Positions 51,337 through 64,000 of a DNA stretch of 64,000 nucleotides are shown here, one piece after another. The stretch lies in assembly GCA_951406725.2 (NCBI GenBank), contig OX597823.1, positions 25,110,001-25,174,000 on the forward strand. The letters are read 5' to 3'. Source of the stretch: Octopus vulgaris. Taxonomy: Eukaryota. A model generated the notes under the pieces. That model ran no database searches and was not told the origin of the DNA. It saw only the letters and a program-made list of their open reading frames with translations. Numbering within the stretch: position 1 is the stretch's first letter; each line of letters starts with the position of its first letter. A program made the position numbers and the translations under genes.

Positions 51337-53374
51337 CTAAATATAATAAAACAACTTAATAATCAATGTCTTCTTTTTTTAAGAAAGCTATTTGAGAAAA
51401 AAAAAGATGTTAATATGATGTTTGACTATTTCAGGACTATTTTCTTCCTCTTAAATGTTCATCATTGTAAATGATTCAAGGTTTCAGTCAATTTTCTCCA
51501 ATTGCCTTCAGGTGATATGTTCCTAAACAAGGCTTGGCTAGAATTTAAATCAGGAAACTATAATTATTACTGCTGACTATTCGCTCTGCTATTTTAACCA
51601 GTATTATTTGTCCAGATGAACTATTAACATGACTACTACACCATGCTCTGACCCAGCTCAGAAATGAACATATATAGTATTCAAAGAAACAGCAAAACAT
51701 TTTAAAATCATACCAACATGAGTGATAATGAACATCAAAGATTAGGAAAATAGTGTTATTAAAAATATAATTTGAAATATTTTTGAAGTGAAGCAAAGAT
51801 AATGTAATTTCAATGACTAATATTTTAATTATTTTATCAGTTCAACAAATATGGGAGAAACTCTGGTTATAATTTGACCTAATAAGACTTCAGCAGAACA
51901 CAGAACTCACTGTGTGAACCAAAGTATTGATGAGAGAATCACAAAGTGGATATGTATTTTACATGAGCAGATATTAAAAATCAATAGTAGTAATAATGAT
52001 GATGATGATTGTTTCTTATTTAGGCACAAGGCCAACAATTTTGAAAAGTGGTAGTGGGCAGGATAAGCCAATTCCATTGACAACAGTATTTGACTGGTGC
52101 CTCATTTTATCAACCCTGGAGGAATAAAAGCAATGCTGACTTTAGCATGACTTGAACTCAGAAAGGAAAGAGCCAAAAGATATATTGCAAGGCATTTTCT
52201 CTGATGCTCTAATGATTCTGACAATCCACCATGCTGATAACAATAATTGTTTCTAATCAAAGTACAAACCTGAACTTTGGGGATAGAGAATGGTATTTAC
52301 AGAGAACTTCAATGAAGGATTGGGTAGATATCAAGTGGGAGAGGGCATTAAATATGAGAAATGGTAGGGAGGTGGGCTTGGGTGGAGAGCATGTGTCATG
52401 AACTGTCAATGGAACAGGAAATTATTATTATTGATTTCTTATATTGGCATTAAAGTTTAAAGCAAAGATGTGGCAAATTAAACTGACTGGTACTATTCAA
52501 GGCAGTGAGCTGACAGAATCATTAGCATGCCAGGCAAAATGCTTAGCAGCATCTCATCTATCTTCAAGTTCAAGTTCCACTGAGGTCAACTTTACGTTTT
52601 ATCCTTTTGGTGGTTGGAGAGGGGGGGATAAAATAAGTACCAGTTGAACACTGGGGCTGATGCAATTGATTTGCTCCTTTCCCAAAATTGCAGGCCTTGT
52701 GCCAAAATTTGAAATCAATATGACTGGTATTATTTTATAGAACATGGAAAAATAAAAAGCAAAATTAAATCAGACTGTCATTGAAGTTCTCAGTACTAAG
52801 GAGAATGTTTTGCAAGATGACAGCTAAATCACAGAACATATGACAAGTGTACAAAGCATGTAGAGAAACTAAGAAGAATGTAAATAAATGAGTGAAATGA
52901 TTTAGGTTAAATATTGTGTGGTGTATGATTTAAACACATTCATTCACAATATAAATCATAATTTGTGAACCTTCTCCAACAATAACATGATTTCTAAGAT
53001 AAGCACACAATGTTGCAAACTTTAGAGAAAAGCTGTGGCTGATTTAATTCTCAATGTTCCCAATTAACTACAACCTTATATATCCTGTTCTACCATTAGT
53101 GTCTTGAGTTTGTCAGCAGTTACTGCATCACTGTTTCCAACAAGATTCCCAGAATTTATTGTTTCATGGGTCAGCTCCCAAATGATGATTTGGTGATTTA
53201 ATTGATTCCAATATCTGATTGTTGCTGATTACATGCATCCAACAATAAACAAATGACAAATTCTATGTTATAACTATTTCAGCTGTATCTCAATCAATCT
53301 TTCATCTTAGAATCAAGTCACTGCACTAATAACATGACTATACAAACAAGCAATAAATCCAAGGATAAACTCAC

Positions 53375-53529
53375 ATTATTTGTTTCTCCAAGAAATCAAC
53401 ACCAATTGTCTTCTTATATTCTTGTGTAAATATGCCTTTGCAGTAACGCTGGATCATGCTAGACTTACCAACACCACCGTTACCAACAACTACAATCTTT
53501 ATAGAAGTCTCAAAGTCTTCTCCATACAT
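53375..53529 (-). CDS. RAB23: Rab23 first coding exon (exon begins ~53545 after a ttaccag acceptor)
   Basis: MYGEDFETSIKIVVVGNGGVGKSSMIQRYCKGIFTQEYKKTIGVDFLEKQI|gtgagt; the seven exons sum to 708 nt = 235 aa plus stop. Confidence 0.96.
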
Positions 53530-53929
53530 TTTCTAAAATTTCAATCTGGTAATATAAAAAAAAAATTTAAATACCTGAGATGAGCTGTATTTAATAATTG
53601 TATTTGTATTTCTCAGATCATTTTCATCAGCCTTAACAAAAAACATTTTATTTTTTCAATTTATCAAATTATTATTAAATTTATTTAAAAAATAATTGTC
53701 TCATAAATTTTAATCATTTTTGTAAGACATTCCTTGATTTGAAGAGCTGACAGCTTACACTCATTAGTTTCTAACATTGGCACAAATTTTGAAAAATGTA
53801 AGAGAGAAACACTGATTCCAGTACGTGTCTGGGCCAAATCAGTTCAAATGAGGACTGAACTTGCAACAGAAAGGGAATTATTCTGCAACATGATAATACA
53901 AGGCCATATTCAGTGATGATAACCCAAGC

Positions 53930-54265
53930 AAAGATAAATTCATTAGGCTGGGAATCTCTACCTCACCTTCCTTATTCACCGAACCTAGCACCATCAGATT
54001 TTCACTTATTCAAGTTACTTGAACACTTCACAAGTGGAAAAACATTCAGAAGCAGGGACTGTTGAAACGGCACTCCAAACGCTTTTATCTTCAAAAGAAC
54101 TTGACTTTTTTGCCCAAAGTATAAGAAACTGGTTTTGACGAGGGGAAAATGTTATTGCTTTTGATAGCAATTATACTTTGACTGAATAAATATATTTAAG
54201 ATATGTTTTATGATGATTTGAACTCGTTACATGAAATAGAACATTACTTTCCAGAACCCTTAATA
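53930..54265 (+). mobile_element. Mariner 3' fragment (different family)
   Basis: LGWESLPHLPYSPNLAPSDFHLF; ends in a TIR-like attactttccagaaccctTAATA. Confidence 0.75.
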
Positions 54266-55789
54266 TATGTGTGTGCATATGCCAAGCTAAAGGATATTTT
54301 TAAAAGCATAGAAAACTGTGAACACTGACTGAAGGAAATGCAGAGTGAAATATTTTAAATAAACCAACAGGACTTTGAAGTTTCATCAATAGTTGGCCTC
54401 TGTGTGTGTGTGCATGTTAATGGTGATTTACTGGCAATTTACTGATTGTTGTGTGCAAAATAATCCTATTTTACTGAAATTTCTCACTGAGCTGGAAAAA
54501 GAAAACAAAGACCTAGTGGCAATAGTTTGGGACTCTCAAAAAGAAACAATATTAAGAAATTAAAAATCAATTTTTCATACAAATTTAGATGCTTAAGAAA
54601 AGGATCATTTTATTTTTATCTACATGCACGGGACAACTATAGGCATGCTTGTCAGTCAAACCTTATCAGCATTGTGTGTGTGTGTGCGTGTGCGTGCATA
54701 TGTGTGTGTGTGTGTGTGTGTGTGCATGCGTGTGTGTGTGTGTGTTTATGTATGTATATAATTTTTTATGTCCAATTTCTAAACTGGCATAGTTGGATCT
54801 ATGCCAATTCTGACTGGGAGCTACTACCTGCATAGATTGATGCTTACATTTCATTTTTGTCTTGATTTCAGTAGTTGGATGCCCTTCTTATCTCCAACAA
54901 TTTTTTAGAGTGTATTAAGAACATTTTATCAAAGGCTATCACATCCTAAGCAAGACAAGACTAAATGTTTTCCCTTTATGTTATACAATCAACTTTATTG
55001 TCAGCTGTTGAATCGCTTCAATACAGTGGTGATTTCCAACCATAATGTTAATGGTATAAAACTTATAGTTCAGGACCTGTAAACTTTTTTGCCTTAAATC
55101 TCTCTCTCTCACACACACACACCAATAAGGAAAAGTCTACATGTTTGCATGACCTGGATAGAAGATAAATCTCTCTGATTACATCTTATTATCGTAAAGA
55201 AAAGACAGACACATCGAAAACTGTGTTCCTAGATATTGTTTGATTGAAAAAAAAAAATGAGATGGTCACAACAAGTACACTTTCCACCATAGCTCTGGTG
55301 GCTAAATGTGGAAAATGAACAACACATATATACATACATATAATTGTCAACTTGATGCAACAAAATGCCCAGAATGCTATGCAATAGGATCAAACTCAGA
55401 ACCACATAGTTGTAAAATGAAATTCTTAAATACACAGCTATCTCCATTTGTATGTAGATGTGTTGGATGGCATATACATAGACTGGAGACAACTTAATCT
55501 ATGGATAAACAAAGAGGATAAATCTGTCTGAATATATCAAGAACAGCACTTAATAGTGCTACACATCAACAAGAAATGCAGGCAACTCAACTACTATTAA
55601 AAATTATCGTAAAATATATGATGTACATCTATGCTATTATCGACCAACAGAGAAACCATTTTATCTGATAACTAGCACTATGACCCAGTATGCTAGTGCA
55701 TGCATATACAGCTGCATGCGTGCATACATACACGCGAGTACTGTCCAAATATCCGACCAATCACATACAGCTAGCTGGCATTCAATTGG

Positions 55790-56030
55790 CGTATCAAGTT
55801 TTGGGCATTTTGACTGGGTTTTGGATAGAAAATTCACAAAAAAGTCACTTCTATTGATTTTTTAATGGCTTTGCGGGGTGACTGGGGAAATGTAAAGATG
55901 TGCACGACCACTCTTGGATGGTTTTGAATGACCATAGAAAGTGCGAGCCCTCTAACTGAAAAATTGTGGATTTGTATAAAGGATACGTGCACACACACAG
56001 ACATTTTGCCGTTTATATATATATAGAGAG
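55790..56030. mobile_element. Short non-autonomous interspersed element (Helitron/DINE-like)
   Basis: CpG-retaining stretch ending ...cacacacagacattttgccgtttatatatataga; a similar end architecture occurs at 62617-62685. Confidence 0.35.
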
Positions 56031-59000
56031 AGATGAGTGCATGCAATATCTCGGTTAATGCACCAGTACACTTTTTAGTGAATTGACCCAATTGCTTTTC
56101 AGTTTGCCATTTAATGAAATGACTCTCCAAACAGAAAGAAGCCAAGATACAAATTCAGCTGTCTGAGAAAATTGGTACTCCCCTCTCTACAATAATTACA
56201 AATGTCTACATGGAGCCTATATTGAAGAAACTGAATACTTTTCTATGCAGCTATAGAGTTGAACAACAAATTTACACAGTATTACCAAAAAAAAAAACTT
56301 AAAAAATATCATTCATTTATGTCAGTAGTTCTATAAAATATTACCGTAATTTTTAAAAAAAGTGATTTAATAATTCGTGTAAACATTCTTACACATATAA
56401 AGACATTTTTTGATTTTTGTGATTATCTGCTGGGATAGTTTATAATTAAATCTGTGGTAAGTGTATGTGATATTATTGAGTATAGCATTCACTATTAATG
56501 ATGTAGAATATCAGTTTTAGGTGGGGGGAAAAATCAATATAAAACCTGATAATTTTTTAAAAAATCATTTATTTATTGTACATGTATTAAGAAACAAGTA
56601 CTAGTTGATTGTGGTACTTTCCCACCCAGGTCAGTGCACTATTTCTTGCAGAACAGTTAAGAACCCAAACAACCGAAGAAAGTTTCCAGGGAGATAGCCA
56701 TGGCAGCAGAAATCAGCTCAAGGTGGTTGACATGAACCTTTTTACAGGCAAATGTTATTTTGGCCCCTGCTGTCGAAAGAGTAAAAAGCTGACCTTTAGA
56801 TATTTGCTGAAGTTACAGAAAAGTCCCTGACAATGCAAATGCCTTAATGAAAAGAAACAGGTTGCAACATCTTTAAATAGCTCCCACACTTTCCATTTGG
56901 TGAGAATCATCTCATGTTTATTCCATCCATTTACCATGTTGTGTAACTGGATTTATGTTTGTTTATATAACTACGTAAGTACAACCTACTCAGCTTTTTG
57001 GGTACCCCAGACTTTACATATGAAATAGAAAAATCTTCCAAAATACTTGACAGACCACTTTATTTTGGTTTCTGTGCACACACTAAGAATGTAGTGGTTG
57101 GTATGTGCAAAGAAATTTCAACATAATACCATTACAACTGTGACCAACCCATCATTTTTAAGGAATCAAAACTGTTTTTCAAATTAGTACCAACAAAAGT
57201 GATGGGCATACCATCTTTTTAAGGCAGCTTAAATCATGCTTAGTGTCCTTTGGGTATGGGGAGAATCCACTAGTAAAGATACAACATCAATCTGTCTCAT
57301 GACAACTCGACCCCACAAAGATGGTGGGTGACTCAACGAAAAAAAGTCTACAAGGACCAATCACGCAACAATGGTCTCCAGTAAACAATAATACAAAGCT
57401 CGTGACTGTGGTGACTAACGCTAACGGCGAAATTGTCAGTTCACATCCTTATACAGCCTGAGATCGATGTTGCCAAATGAACTTCGCTTTTACTGAAGTC
57501 GTAGATCAAAAGGACTGCATCAATCCTGACCCCTTAATCCAACCTTATCCTTCTAACCAATAATCCATATAAACTGAATTAAATTTCTTTGAATATTACT
57601 TGAATTTTAGTGCCTGTGCAAGAACCAAAATTAACCAGAGCGTCAAATATTTATGAGAGTTTCGGTGATCCAAATTGTTTTCAAAACGAAAGATCGCCAG
57701 AAATTCTTGTTTAGAACTGTAACCATTTTTTTTTAAGCTCAGGGAAAGTATTTACCATTTTAAACTATGTATATACGTGTCTATAACCACAGCACCCTGA
57801 ACATAGTCTTTTTATAATAGTTTACAAGTTTTGTGCGATGTCACTCTGGCTTACAGGTTCCCAACAGTGTCACGGCACACTTGTATATCACGAGATAAAG
57901 CTAGGGGCATTGCAGAAATTAAATATTTTAAGAAAACAGATAACTATAAGCTTAAAGTCTAACTATAAAGTTATGGTAACTGTGCTTCCTTTATTGAATA
58001 AAAAGAACTAAATAGTTACGAAAATATATAACTTTATTTTAAATACATTTTTTAAATTTTAGGATGAACGAATTAAGTCAAAATGTTTTTAGCTTGCTTA
58101 CGGTGCGTCACAAGTAAAACAAGTTTGGAAATCATGGACTTGCTGTTGCTAAAGAAACATTACGGTTGTTTATAACTTGATACTATTATAGAGATATGTT
58201 TTTCTTTTCTTTGTTATTGTAGTTCGTTGTTGACTACAGTTGTTATTCTTGTTTTTTATCGTTTGTTATCTCTTATCGTCTACTTTTGTTGTCACTTATT
58301 GTCTGTTGACGCGTGTACGATTGTGTATTATTATTATAGCCTGGCCAACTGTCAGGACATTGTTCACCAGTTAACAACAGGCTCCAGTACATGGTTACTA
58401 CCATTGAAAACAAATATCTTAAATGTCATTCTAATGATTGTCTATAATTTAATATAATTATTATTACTTTGTTTTTCTGAATTTTTTTCCACAAAGAAAT
58501 CCCCTTCACCACAATCACTATTATTATTATTAGCATTGTCGTCATTAAAATAAAATTAAGGAGAACAATTTACCTTGAATCATATTTGCAATACAGACTC
58601 CAGAATTTTCACAGTCGCTCCCCAGGAATAAATGTTTTCATACACAACAGATTACGATGTTTCAGGAGTTAATAGTGTAGACGATAACGTCGCAGTGCTA
58701 TGTATTCAAGAGAGTACCGCAAAAAAAGGTTAACCACACTGACAAACCATTGTTATATAGCTCGACATGTCAACACAAGTCTTGTCTAACACATCTTTTA
58801 CTCTCAGCATGGTTTCTTGTTTTATACTGGTCTTCTTTCATTGCCTTACTTGGCGAGTCTTGTCTTTTCTTTCGTAAAATATTTCGTTTTTTACTTCTTG
58901 TTACTCTCTTCTTATTTCCATATCGCCCTTTTTAGATTTATTTGTTATGTTTTCTTCCTACTTCTTATCGGTTACCATAGAAAAAAATCGTGTTTTATTC

Positions 59001-61805
59001 ATGTATGTATTCATGTATTCTCCAGGTGGACTTGGTTTCCTTGTATTAAGATTATTTTTGGCTTCAAGTAATTACAACATTTATAAAATGTGTATATGCC
59101 TGTATCTATGTAAGGTTGTTTTTTAGTCTTGAAATGTGTCCAACCAAGAAGCAGCTGGTCTACAGTAAATAAAGAAAAACAAAAGGACCCTAATTTGAAT
59201 TTAAGCAATTAATTATCTGTAAGCAAGTACTACAGTATGATATAGTTCAACAGACTGCAGCCATGGCTAAGAAACTTATCTTTCATCAGCACAGTCTATC
59301 AAGTTGCGAGCAGGTACCACAGGTACCTGCTTCTGTATCCATTACTGGCGAGCCAGTTACGTCATAGTGGGCAATGCTAAACCTGAGCCTAGAAAGTAAT
59401 TTGCATAATCAGCACATTGTCTCTTCTACAATGACACAAGAAATGCTCAGTTTGCGACACGTTTTGTGGATACTGCAGCTGACCAACATAGTCGCAGAAG
59501 TTAAATCTGGTAAATAATCGTACTCGAACTTGAGATTTTACCGGTGACGATACAACAATGACCAATGTCATCGTTGTGTATTTCGTTAACTGATAAGTTT
59601 AACTCCCTTTTTCTTTCTGTCGTTCCCAAGTCAGCATTGAATAAGTAGATCTATGATGAAAACATTCAAATTGTGATCATTCAGTCATGTTGCGGACTAT
59701 ATACTGCTAAGACCATATTATGCAGTATGTCCTTCCCTTTTCAGGCAATAGGGTGTTGTTACTTGAAGGAAATATCAATTATTTTTAGCATGTTAAAAAT
59801 AGTCTATTCTTAGAGGGTAAGTAGTTAGAGCAGAGAGTTATGAGTTCTGCCCAACTGATTGGCCATCATTACATCATAGCAGAGACTGCAGTTGGGTTTC
59901 AACAACCCAGTGAGTTATAGCGACTCACTTATACCTCGTAATAAATTGAGGTTAAAGTGGAATGTAGTGGACTTGAGAGAATAAAATAAGTGCAGAATTG
60001 AGTGGTACCTATCTACAGCTATGTAGACTAGGCTGTTGAGAGTCTAGTATCTTGGCTACAGACAAAGAATATGGATCACCAGCTCTTCAACTATGAGCAC
60101 TAGCACTATCAACTATGCTAGAGTCAATCTCATATTCTCTATCTCTCCTTTTCCAATGTCTCTAATTATTGCAGATCCAGCGACTACGTAAGAGGCTACC
60201 TCATAGTGATAGTCAGCACCCTATTCAAATATGGGCTTTAAGGGCCGTTGTAAATGGAAATATCACTGCCGACCTAACAGTAGTTACATTCCAGAGGCCT
60301 ACAAAGTCTTATTTTGGCTCTAGTGATAGTAATGATGGTTAAGTAAGTAATTTTGGAAAAGAAGTCAATGATGTCACTGTTTGCCTTGTTATTATTAGAT
60401 TGGTTAAGCAAACATCAGCCAACGAGGGGACCTCACCCTGTTAGAAATAGCAACCAACATTTCCACCAAGCCACTCTAAACAGACCTATTGTATAATATA
60501 TCCAATTGAAACAATATCTGAAAAATAAGTCGAGTGAGTCATAGCTCTAACATCTTTAATCAGGAGTCTATGACTGACCTGGAACTAAACAACAATAACT
60601 TGTCTACGACTCTATAATAGACAAGAACGCCGTCTCCTTTGTATTAAGAGCAATGCCACAAATAATAGAGTTCCCATTATATGAAGAGAAAAGGGGGTAC
60701 CATTGTTAGAGTACATGGAAATAGAACATAATATAGAATCAAACGAAATATTCTCTAGTTACAGTTAGTATTTATATAAGATGACGAAAACAGAAATTAT
60801 AATTAGTATCCAAAGTTAATAATAACAGTGGAGGGATTTGTTCTTAACATATTTGCAAACTGTTGCTTTTGAAGGTATGAAAGAATGAATGTAGAGCGGT
60901 GGGAATGGGATTATAAATAGTTGGCAGGGCGGCTTAGCTTCGAGATATGTCAGTAGAGTTCTTATACAACAGGAGGTAATTCAGTTCAGTAGAGGGTTTT
61001 TTTCCTCTTCTTTTTTTTTATGATATTCATTTAATGAATGGCAGGTGTATTATGAATAGGCGGTACATAGAAATATGGGAAAATATTTCATTTATTGGAA
61101 TTTTTATATCAAATCATAACATGTGTTCATTTTCTGACTGTAATAATCATCACAATAACGACAACGGCAACAATAACCTGAACAACAATAATTTCTAAAA
61201 TAAGCATAAGGACAAATTTTGTGGGTGAAGTTAGTTGATTAAATCGACTTCCATTATTTGGCTGGAACTTTATTTTCGACTTCGAAAGGATGGAAGGTAA
61301 AGCTGACCTCGAAAATTTCCCTAATTGGTTAATGATTGTAATAATTGCTATAATTCAGACACTAAACCAACAATTTTAGGAGGAGGGTGTTAGTCGATAC
61401 CATCAACCCTAGTACTTACTCGAGCGGGATTTAAACCCAGAAAGAGTAAGGCATTTTTCTTTGATGCTCTAACGAGCTAGCCGCTCTTATGGAATTAATA
61501 AAAATAAATTATCGTCTACCATACCTGTAGAATTTTTTTCAGGATATGTCAACAATAAATTTATGAATATTATTTATAATACTTAGAGTTTCATGGCCCT
61601 ACAATTGATATTTCCATTAATATAGTCGAGGACATTTTGAAAAAAAATTGCAAGCGTATTTTTCTTAAATTATGTGTAGCGTACAAACAACGATTAAACC
61701 AAATTGCTTGACTGAAGTCATGGGACGTCAGTTACACAAAATTTATGTTTGGATTAATTTATGTAGCTGTATATCTAATTGTTATCCTTAAACTGAAAGA
61801 ACACA

Positions 61806-62616
61806 TTCGGATCTTTTCCTTTTGAACGGCACTTTGTAACATAATTTCTAGGTAACTAAAAAGTTTTAAACTTCGTATACTGGTAGAATGTGTTTATAAA
61901 ACATCATTTTCTCTTGACTTTATTGAGAAAATTCTATAGTTTGTAAGATATTTCATCCGAAATTACTCGCATTTCGGCAATTTTAACCAATCACTGGAGT
62001 CCATTTAGGTAAATAACATTCTGTGCATAATGAATATGTCATTCCTTTAAGAAACAGATTGGGTTTATTTACATTTGTGAAGAAAAAAAGATACCCTTCC
62101 CCAACCCCTAACCCTAACCAACTCTAACCCTAAATCTAAAATAGATTGAAATGCAATAGATCGATATTAGGACCATAATTATGGGTGACATTTTCATTTG
62201 ACACCAGTAGAAAAAGATCCCATTTTCCGTAGCGGTGTCGTATGAAATTGTCACCCATAATTATAACCCTAGTATCGATCTATTGCATTTCAATCTATTT
62301 TAGATTTAGGGTTAGGGGTGGAGAAAGGGTATCTTTTTTCTTCACAAATGTAAATAAACCCAATCTGTTTCTTAAAGGAGGGACATATTCATTATGCACA
62401 GAATGTTATTTACCTAAATGGACTCCAGTGATTGGTTAAAATTGCCGAAATGCAAGTAATTTCAGACGAAATATCTTACAAACTATAGAATTTTCTCAAT
62501 AAAGCCAAGAGAAAATGATGTTTTATAAACACATTCTACCAGTATACGAAGTTTAAAACTTTTTAGTTACCTAGAAATTATGTTACAAAGTGTCGTTCAA
62601 AAGGAACAGATCCGAA
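61806..62616. mobile_element. ~810-bp palindromic (fold-back/MITE-like) element with (CCCTAA)n inside the arms
   Basis: ttcggatcttttccttttgaacg... is reverse-complemented by ...cgttcaaaaggaacagatccgaa over ~400 bp, with a tiny central spacer near 62210-62222. Confidence 0.9.
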
Positions 62617-62699
62617 ATCGGTTGGGTAGTTCTTGAGTTTTAGGGATTCACACACACATTCTCATCTTTATATATATATAGAAGATACGTGCATTCGAA

Positions 62700-63330
62700 C
62701 GTAGCAGGGAACAGCTAGCCTTTGGCCGCTATTTGGGTCCCGTTGTGTCCACTACTCTGGTTGGTATTGGCGCAATTTGTCTCTTACTCTGTCGTGCCAA
62801 CTCGCCGTGTATAACCAGTCGGACTAATCCCACGAGCACGTGGGATTAGTCTGTTTACCACCCTGTGGTAAGCCTACTGCTCCTTATAAAAACCCAACTT
62901 CTCGTTCCGAAGTCTTTGGTTCCAGACCATTTAAGGTCTAACCACTGACCACAAAGACACAGCCAGTTCCAGCGATAATGTCAGACGACCCCAACACCAC
63001 CACAGCAACAGTTACGTTGAGATTCACCAGGTTCGTCCAACAGCATTACGGTAAACTCCGTCGTCGCCACCATCATATCCTTCTTAACGTTGTCAACATC
63101 ATCTCTCCACGTACACAGCTCAGCAAGCAATTCACCCAGGTTCTAACACTTCACTGTTCGTGAATTACTTCACCATGGATCAACAGCGAATATACAACCT
63201 GCATGAATTCCTGTACCAAGTGACCCAGGCAGCAGCATCACTGCCACGACCTCACGTACGACATGTACCCGTAACCGGCTCAGCATCATGGCTGCAACCT
63301 CTTGATTCAGTATTTCAACTACCGTGTACT
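62700..63330 (+). mobile_element. Possible LTR retrotransposon remnant (LTR-like plus gag-like start)
   Basis: GC/CpG-rich block with TATAAAA at ~62885 and a downstream ATG ORF (MSDDPNTTTATVTLRF...); no pol motif seen. Confidence 0.25.
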
Positions 63331-64000
63331 ATTGACTACGAACAGGTATTCATCTTTCTTGTGTCTATGAATTTACTTCTCACTTCGATGGCTATAGACT
63401 TTTGCACTGTCTCTTCTTCATTGCCATCCTTATATGTTCTTAACACGCGCATACATCTATGCTTACATGCACACATACATGACGGCCTGTCTATTATTCT
63501 GTATACATGACGCACACACATGTTAACATATCAATAAATCTTTTCTTAATCATTCTGCGCGGTTGTGCCTCTCTTTTTCCAGCTGGCAAGTAAATGATTC
63601 TATCAATTTTTCTCTTTATTATATCGGCCGTGTGATGTACAAAAGTGCCATTCTCGTTACTCCACATCGCACGGCCCCTTACATGTTTCAACCCAGGTCA
63701 ACGTTGATTGAGCCGACCTAAAATGAAAGCCGTTCCAGCAGTGACCATCCCTAACGTGTATCCTTCCCATTTTAAAGATCATTTAGTATGATTTGAAGGA
63801 AATTTGGCTATAGCTCGAGCGACCACGCGAACAATGATAATTGGCTCCCTACTTTAGGGTATCTATTTGTCACTAGATGGAATGAATTATTTCAGAGTAA
63901 AGCATTTAGCGATCTTTCGAACTTTGCTCAGACATATAAGATGAAGGACAAAGTAAAACAAATGCACTGAATCAAAGTGACCGGTTAACAAATAATCGTT

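Noticed and set aside
62978-63510. ORFs 62978-63163 and 63160-63510 as a host gene
   Set aside because: No recognisable domain or splice structure; more likely decayed retroelement sequence.

Overview
AT-rich, repeat-dense animal genomic DNA. The SINE families look like octopus (cephalopod) repeats, so the organism call is an inference. Two convergent spliced genes were reconstructed by hand with consistent splice phases. On the + strand are the last 8 coding exons of CACHD1 (VWFA and cache domain protein 1; 518-23049). On the - strand is a complete 7-exon Rab23 CDS (53529-33041, 235 aa, ending in CAAX CSIL). Introns and flanks hold decayed mobile elements: a Penelope-like RT, two CR1/L2-type LINE 3' ends, RTE and R4/Dong-type LINE fragments, two mariner remnants, many SINEs, and an ~810 bp palindromic element. 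Two observations stand out. (1) A decayed PIF1/Helitron-type helicase is fused in frame at its C-terminus to a ubiquitin-specific protease (USP/peptidase C19) domain, in Rab23 intron 4. (2) A near-canonical type I hammerhead ribozyme lies in the loop of a 111-bp inverted repeat, sense to CACHD1 and 3.5 kb past its stop codon, in the putative long 3' UTR. Most short ORFs in the supplied track are spurious.
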